Shown here piece by piece: positions 58,946 through 64,000 of a stretch of 64,000 bases of DNA. Both the position numbers and the translations under genes were made by a program. The DNA comes from Gammaproteobacteria bacterium (GTDB lineage: Bacteria; Pseudomonadota; Gammaproteobacteria; JBCCGL01), in the NCBI GenBank assembly GCA_965277715.1, contig OZ255836.1:2688001-2752000 (forward strand), given 5' to 3'. The notes beneath the pieces are model-generated. The model did not search any database. It was not told where the DNA came from and was given only the letters and a program-made list of their open reading frames with translations. The stretch's first letter is position 1. Every line of letters starts with the position of its first letter.

Positions 58946-60289
58946 GTGGCACCGCCCATGACATTTTACACACAGCATGCTCCTGTTACCTTCGCCGATG
59001 CATTGCCGGAAAAAGTGGATGTTGTGGTTATCGGTGCGGGGGTGATTGGTATCTCTATCGCCTGGTTTTTGGCCAAACAGGGCGTCACAGTTGCCGTGTG
59101 CGAAAAGGGCCGCGTGGCGGGCGAGCAATCCAGCCGCAACTGGGGGTGGATTCGCAAACACGGGCGCGACTACGCCGAACTGCCGATTATGATGGAGAGC
59201 ATCGACTTATGGGAATCAATGGCCAACTCGCTTGATGAAGATATCGGCTTTACCCGCAGCGGAGTGCTCTATCTAGCAAAAAACGCCGCCGAAATGGCAC
59301 AGCGTGAAGCCTGGTTAAGCGTTGCCAAACCGCACAAACTGGACACGCAAATGCTCAATGCCAGGCAAATCGGCGCGCTGGTTAAAGGTAACCCCGGCAA
59401 CTGGGTAGGCGGCGCCTACACCGCCAGCGATGGCCGGGCAGAGCCGTCACTGGCCGTGCCTGCGCTGGCGCGGGCCATACAAAAAAAGGGGGCGCGCATT
59501 AGTGAAAACTGCGCGGTGCGCGCCCTGGAAACCAGCGCAGGTGCGGTTTCTGGAGTCATTACCGAAAAAGGGGTGATTAAATGCAGCACCGCCGTGTGTG
59601 CCGGTGGTGCCTGGGCATCACTGTTCAGCCGCCATCACGGTTGTGACTTTCCACAACTCACTGTGCGCGCCACGGTGGCGCGCACCGCCAGCGCACCGAA
59701 TTTTTTTGCCGGTGCCGCCGCCAGCGGCGAGCTGGCTTTTCGGCGCCGCCAAGACGGCGGTTACACACTGGCGGCGGCAGGTGGCTTTGATCACTTTATC
59801 AACCGCGACAGCTTTCGCTATAGCAAAGCGTTTTTACGCTGTTTTTTAAAATCGCACCACGCCTTGGTTCTGCGCCCCGGTGGCCTGCTTTCCCGGTTGA
59901 ACAGCACGCCCAGTTGGCGCGGTGATGATGTCAGCCCGTTTGAGCGTGAGCGCGTACTGAACCCCGACCCATCCCCCCGGGCTATCGCCACAATTAAAAA
60001 ACAACTGGCTGCACAGTTATCGCCGCTGGCCGATACCCACATTGAGCAAGTGTGGGCGGGTATGATCGATGCGACCCCGGATATAGTGCCGGTGATCGAT
60101 GCCGTTGCCCCCCTGCCGGGTTACTACATTGCCGCTGGGTTTTGTGGCCATGGTTTTGGCATTGGCCCCGGTGCCGGGCGTGTCATGGCGGATATGATTT
60201 TGGGTAAGCCCCCCGGCCATGATATATCCCGGTTTCGCTTTGGGCGCTTTACCGATGGCAGTAAGTTGGATTTGGGGCCAGCCTTATGA
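58946..60289 (+). CDS. FAD-dependent oxidoreductase (D-amino acid oxidase/DadA-like)
   Basis: IGAGVIG, EQSSRNWGW, WAGMIDATPD, GHGFGIGPG. Confidence 0.88.
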   Translation: MAPPMTFYTQHAPVTFADALPEKVDVVVIGAGVIGISIAWFLAKQGVTVAVCEKGRVAGEQSSRNWGWIRKHGRDYAELPIMMESIDLWESMANSLDEDIGFTRSGVLYLAKNAAEMAQREAWLSVAKPHKLDTQMLNARQIGALVKGNPGNWVGGAYTASDGRAEPSLAVPALARAIQKKGARISENCAVRALETSAGAVSGVITEKGVIKCSTAVCAGGAWASLFSRHHGCDFPQLTVRATVARTASAPNFFAGAAASGELAFRRRQDGGYTLAAAGGFDHFINRDSFRYSKAFLRCFLKSHHALVLRPGGLLSRLNSTPSWRGDDVSPFERERVLNPDPSPRAIATIKKQLAAQLSPLADTHIEQVWAGMIDATPDIVPVIDAVAPLPGYYIAAGFCGHGFGIGPGAGRVMADMILGKPPGHDISRFRFGRFTDGSKLDLGPAL

Positions 60290-61038
60290 TCGTTCGCTAT
60301 CTGTTAAAAACACTGGTGATGCCGCCCGCATCCAACCTGTTATTAATGCTACTCGGCGTATGCCTGTGGCGGGTTTACCCACGCCTGGCCAAAGGGTGTA
60401 TCGTCTTGGGGATCGTCAGCCTGTGGCTGCTATCGACCCCCTGGTTCGCTTTTCAGTTAATCAGCCCACTTGAGCATCGATGGCCGCCACTCGCGCCCAG
60501 CCAGGATTGCGGCGATGCCGGTGCGATTGTTGTGCTCGGCGGTGGTTTGTATCGTTATGCACCTGAATACAGCGATAGTGGTGATGTGTCACCCCCTTCA
60601 CTCAGCAGATTACGCTATGCCGCTACGTTGGCACGGCGTTGTAACTTACCCGTTGCTATATCGGGTGGCGGAATACTCAAGCGCCAGGCCAAAAGCGAAG
60701 CTGAATTGATGGCATCGGTGCTGGAAAACGAATTCCGTGTCCCCGTTCGCTGGCGCGAAATGGAAAGCCGTAATACGGCTGAAAACGCCGCGCTGACGGT
60801 GCCACTGCTGCTGCGTGAAGGTATTAGTACAATTATCCTAGTGACATCTGCAAGCCATATGCCCCGCTCGGTGAGTTCGTTTAGCCGGGAATCGATAGCG
60901 GTTATCGCTGCACCTACCGTTTTCACCGGGAGGCCTGGTGGCTTAATTCGATGGTTACCGTCGGTCGAAGCGTTACAGCGCAGCCAGATCGCCTTGCACG
61001 AATACCTGGGAATGTTGGTCTATAAAATCCTGTATTGA
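60286..61038 (+). CDS. YdcF/ElyC (DUF218) family protein
   Basis: IVVLGGG, SGG, SEA, SRNT.ENA, LVTSA.HMPR, HEYLG. Confidence 0.9.
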   Translation: MIVRYLLKTLVMPPASNLLLMLLGVCLWRVYPRLAKGCIVLGIVSLWLLSTPWFAFQLISPLEHRWPPLAPSQDCGDAGAIVVLGGGLYRYAPEYSDSGDVSPPSLSRLRYAATLARRCNLPVAISGGGILKRQAKSEAELMASVLENEFRVPVRWREMESRNTAENAALTVPLLLREGISTIILVTSASHMPRSVSSFSRESIAVIAAPTVFTGRPGGLIRWLPSVEALQRSQIALHEYLGMLVYKILY

Positions 61039-61110
61039 CTACGCGCTGCAAGCGGGCAGGCAGTATACTGCGCCGTCACCGCCTATTGGCAATACCGCTA
61101 CGGAATTAAC

Positions 61111-62112
61111 ATGCGCAAACAGGTCTACCTCACCGGTATCACCACCACCGGAACCCCCCATCTGGGCAACTATGCCGGGGCCATTCGCCCCGCTATCGAA
61201 GCCAGCCGTGACAGCAATAACCAGGCGTATTATTTTCTCGCCGACTACCACGCGCTGATCAAATGCCACGACCCGCAACGCGTCCGGCAGTCCCGCCTGG
61301 AAATTGCCGCCACCTGGCTGGCGATGGGGCTGGACCCAGAGCAGGTCACTTTTTACCGGCAATCCGATGTGCCGGAGATTATGGAACTCACCTGGATGCT
61401 CACCTGCCTGACCGCCAAAGGTCTGATGAACCGCGCACACGCCTACAAAGCGGTCGCGCAGAACAATATCGATTCAGGTGAGGCAGACCCGGATAAAGGC
61501 ATCACAATGGGTTTGTTCAGTTACCCGATTTTGATGAGTGCCGATATTTTGATGTTCAACGCAAACAAAGTGCCGGTGGGTCGCGACCAGATACAGCACC
61601 TGGAAATGGCGCGGGATATTGCCCAGCGTTTTAATCACCATTTTGGTGAATATTTTGTATTGCCGCAGGCGCAGGTCGACGATGACACCGCTGTGCTCGC
61701 CGGGCTGGATGGGCGCAAGATGAGCAAAAGTTATAACAACACTATTCCTCTGTTTGAGCCGGAGAAAAAATTCCGCAAGTTGATTATGAAGATTAAGACC
61801 AACTCGCAGGAACCCGGTGAGCCGAAAGACCCACAAGGTAATACGCTGTTTGAAATTTACCGGGCGTTTGCCACTGCACCTGAAGTCGCGGAAATGCGCC
61901 AGCACTATGCCGGGGGTATCGCCTGGGGTGAAGCCAAACAACAGGTGTTTGAATGCCTCAATAATGTGCTTAAAGCACCGCGTGAACATTACCTGGAGCT
62001 GATGGCAGAGCCGGAAAAAATTGAACGTATATTGGTCAGAGGGGCGGAAAAGGCGCGGGCTGTCAGTGTGCCGTTTTTGCAACAGTTGCGTCGGGCTACG
62101 GGGATTGCGTGA
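61111..62112 (+). CDS. trpS: Tryptophan--tRNA ligase
   Basis: [33 protein letters not shown]. Confidence 0.96.
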   Translation: MRKQVYLTGITTTGTPHLGNYAGAIRPAIEASRDSNNQAYYFLADYHALIKCHDPQRVRQSRLEIAATWLAMGLDPEQVTFYRQSDVPEIMELTWMLTCLTAKGLMNRAHAYKAVAQNNIDSGEADPDKGITMGLFSYPILMSADILMFNANKVPVGRDQIQHLEMARDIAQRFNHHFGEYFVLPQAQVDDDTAVLAGLDGRKMSKSYNNTIPLFEPEKKFRKLIMKIKTNSQEPGEPKDPQGNTLFEIYRAFATAPEVAEMRQHYAGGIAWGEAKQQVFECLNNVLKAPREHYLELMAEPEKIERILVRGAEKARAVSVPFLQQLRRATGIA

Positions 62113-62474
62113 CACGTGACGCCTAACCAGGCTCGAATATTGCTTTGATTATTCCAGGTTTCTTTCGGGTCGCAGATGAGTGCGGTACAGTCCGTGAGCA
62201 TATCCTGCTAGTCGTATCGGGTTTGTACTTTGGCGCATTGCTTGCTTATCTACTATTTTTAATTGGTGGGCTATCCGTTTCAATCAGCCAACCTCGGTAA
62301 CGTTAGATCACCTTGTGTATTAATAAATTAAAAGTTGGGAGGTATTAGTAACAATTGATTAATTTAACGTTCATTTTATTGACATTGTGCTATATCTAAT
62401 AGGGCGGTGGCGACTGTTTGAATAATTCATTAGTGGCTACTGACTATTTAAGCTAAGTTAAACAGCAGGTAGGT

Positions 62475-63251
62475 ATGGATTTAGCATCATTTGTCGGCAT
62501 TGTTTCCGGCTTGTTTTTAATTGTCTTCGCGATTGTTTTCGGTGGTGATGTGCATAATTTTTATAATGCACCAGGTTTGATGATTGTGCTCGGTGGCACT
62601 ACGGCGGCCACTTTGTTAACGTTCCAGTTCAAGGATGTGTTAGCGGCATTTAAGGCCGCCTTTATTGTTTTTCTTACGGATAAACAAGACCCTAACGATA
62701 TGGTGTCGACTATGTTGCGCGTCTGTACGATCAGTCGGCGTGAGGGGTTATTGGGTTTGGGTAATGTTAAAACTGATTCGCCATTTATTAAACGGGTATG
62801 TAATTTAATTGCCGATGCCTCTGATGAAGATACAATCCGCGCCACGCTGCGCACTGAAATAGATTCGATGAAAATGCGCCACTTTATTATTCAGGATGTG
62901 TTTCGGCGTATGGCGATTTACGCACCTTCATTTGGTATGTTGGGCACGCTGATTGGCTTGATTCAAATGCTCAGTAAACTCACCGAACCAGAATACCTGG
63001 GACCGGCGATGGCGGTGGCATTGTTGACGACATTTTATGGTTCGTTGTTATCCACTATGTTATTTATGCCGATAGCTGGCAAGCTGCGTTCACGCACTAT
63101 GCTCGAAGCGATTAATCTGGAAATTGCCTACGAAGGCGCGGTGTCTATTCTACAGGATAACAATTCGCTGTCGGTTTATGAAAAACTCTCAGCTTATATT
63201 CCAAAAGCCTCGCGTAAACCGATGCCAAATATGCGTGAACGCCAGGCGTAA
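62475..63251 (+). CDS. motA: MotA/PomA-family stator protein
   Basis: IVLGGT, RREGLL, APSFGMLGTLIGLIQML, GPAMAVALLTTFYG. Confidence 0.88.
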   Translation: MDLASFVGIVSGLFLIVFAIVFGGDVHNFYNAPGLMIVLGGTTAATLLTFQFKDVLAAFKAAFIVFLTDKQDPNDMVSTMLRVCTISRREGLLGLGNVKTDSPFIKRVCNLIADASDEDTIRATLRTEIDSMKMRHFIIQDVFRRMAIYAPSFGMLGTLIGLIQMLSKLTEPEYLGPAMAVALLTTFYGSLLSTMLFMPIAGKLRSRTMLEAINLEIAYEGAVSILQDNNSLSVYEKLSAYIPKASRKPMPNMRERQA

Positions 63252-63281
63252 CAGCCAGGCTCAACAGTAAGTAATGTAACA

Positions 63282-64000
63282 ATGCGCAAGTCGACTAAAT
63301 CATCGTTTAGTGAGTTCTTCGACCAGCAAGACGCCAATATATGGGTGACCACTTACGCGGACATGATGACCCTGCTGCTGGTATTTTTTATCCTGCTATA
63401 TTCGATCTATTACCTCGATGCACAACGTTTCAAGGCGTCGCTGTCATCGATCCAGATTTCGGTCGATCAGCAGGGGGAAACGGTGAGCCTGATTGAGTTT
63501 CACGAACCTGTCTTATCCCGGCAGATGATAACGCTGGAAGAAATAACCGGCCTCAGTAAACCTGAAGAATACGTGCGCAATGAGCTGCAGCATATTGTCG
63601 ATGCGGCGAATTTGGGCAACCGTATCTTTGCCTATGTCGATGCCGATAAAGTGGTGTTGCAGGTGCCGGGTGAATTATTGTTTGACTCAGGGCAGGCGAC
63701 ACTCAATGCAACGGCATTGCCGCTGTTTGATACGCTGCAAAAAACCTTCGATAGCTACCCGGACTACACCATCAGCATACGCGGGCATACCGATAACCGT
63801 GCGATAAACACACAACAGTTTCCTTCAAACTGGGAACTTTCGGCGGTGCGTGCAACAACGGTATTACGGTATTTTTTAAGCAATGGCACATTGCCAGAAC
63901 GTATATCGGCAACAGGCTATGCGGATTTATTGCCCATCGACAGCAACGACACCCCTGAAGGCCGCTCGGCAAACCGAAGGGTTGAATTTGTTCTGGAAAA
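63282..64000 (+). CDS. motB: MotB/PomB stator protein, 3'-truncated by the window edge (not in the ORF track)
   Basis: Manual translation gives WVTTYADMMTLLLVFF, GHTDN, NWELS..RA, NRRVEF (OmpA-like domain). Confidence 0.9.
   Translation, partial: MRKSTKSSFSEFFDQQDANIWVTTYADMMTLLLVFFILLYSIYYLDAQRFKASLSSIQISVDQQGETVSLIEFHEPVLSRQMITLEEITGLSKPEEYVRNELQHIVDAANLGNRIFAYVDADKVVLQVPGELLFDSGQATLNATALPLFDTLQKTFDSYPDYTISIRGHTDNRAINTQQFPSNWELSAVRATTVLRYFLSNGTLPERISATGYADLLPIDSNDTPEGRSANRRVEFVLE

Noticed and set aside
1-64000. CRISPR array, tRNA or rRNA genes
   Set aside because: No regularly spaced repeats and no recognisable tRNA or rRNA motifs were seen by eye
62475-64000. Zorya-type defence (ZorAB)
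   Set aside because: MotA is 258 aa with canonical stator motifs and no long ZorA tail

Overview
Chromosomal window from a probable marine sulfur-oxidising gammaproteobacterium. Housekeeping and metabolic blocks: 3' part of aprA, ypjD/ccsA, corB, radA, xseB, ispA; GMC oxidoreductase, hydrolase and an Xsc-like ThDP enzyme; ibpA with a ROSE-like thermometer; Liv-type ABC transporter with a PanE-like reductase; nnr; a copper cluster; pilT/pilU; ruvX-pyrR-pyrB-pyrC'; purine catabolism (uraD, puuD, alc, allA); two Rieske oxygenases with amine/amide catabolic genes; vapBC; trpS; motA and partial motB. The most unusual part is a ~9 kb accessory island (12.4-21.1 kb) after ibpA. It holds two M23-peptidase toxin-tip/lipoprotein pairs, one with a circularly permuted M23 domain. 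These pairs flank an XRE gene and a fold-back element made of two inverted dif-like sites. The island also has an Rhs fragment cut by IS3 and two repeated cassettes pairing a decayed traG tail with an intact exclusion-like gene. Elsewhere there is an IS4 inserted in a GGTACTGACCC target and an unexplained long G-U-rich hairpin downstream of aprA. All calls come from motif recognition by eye; no database searches were run.
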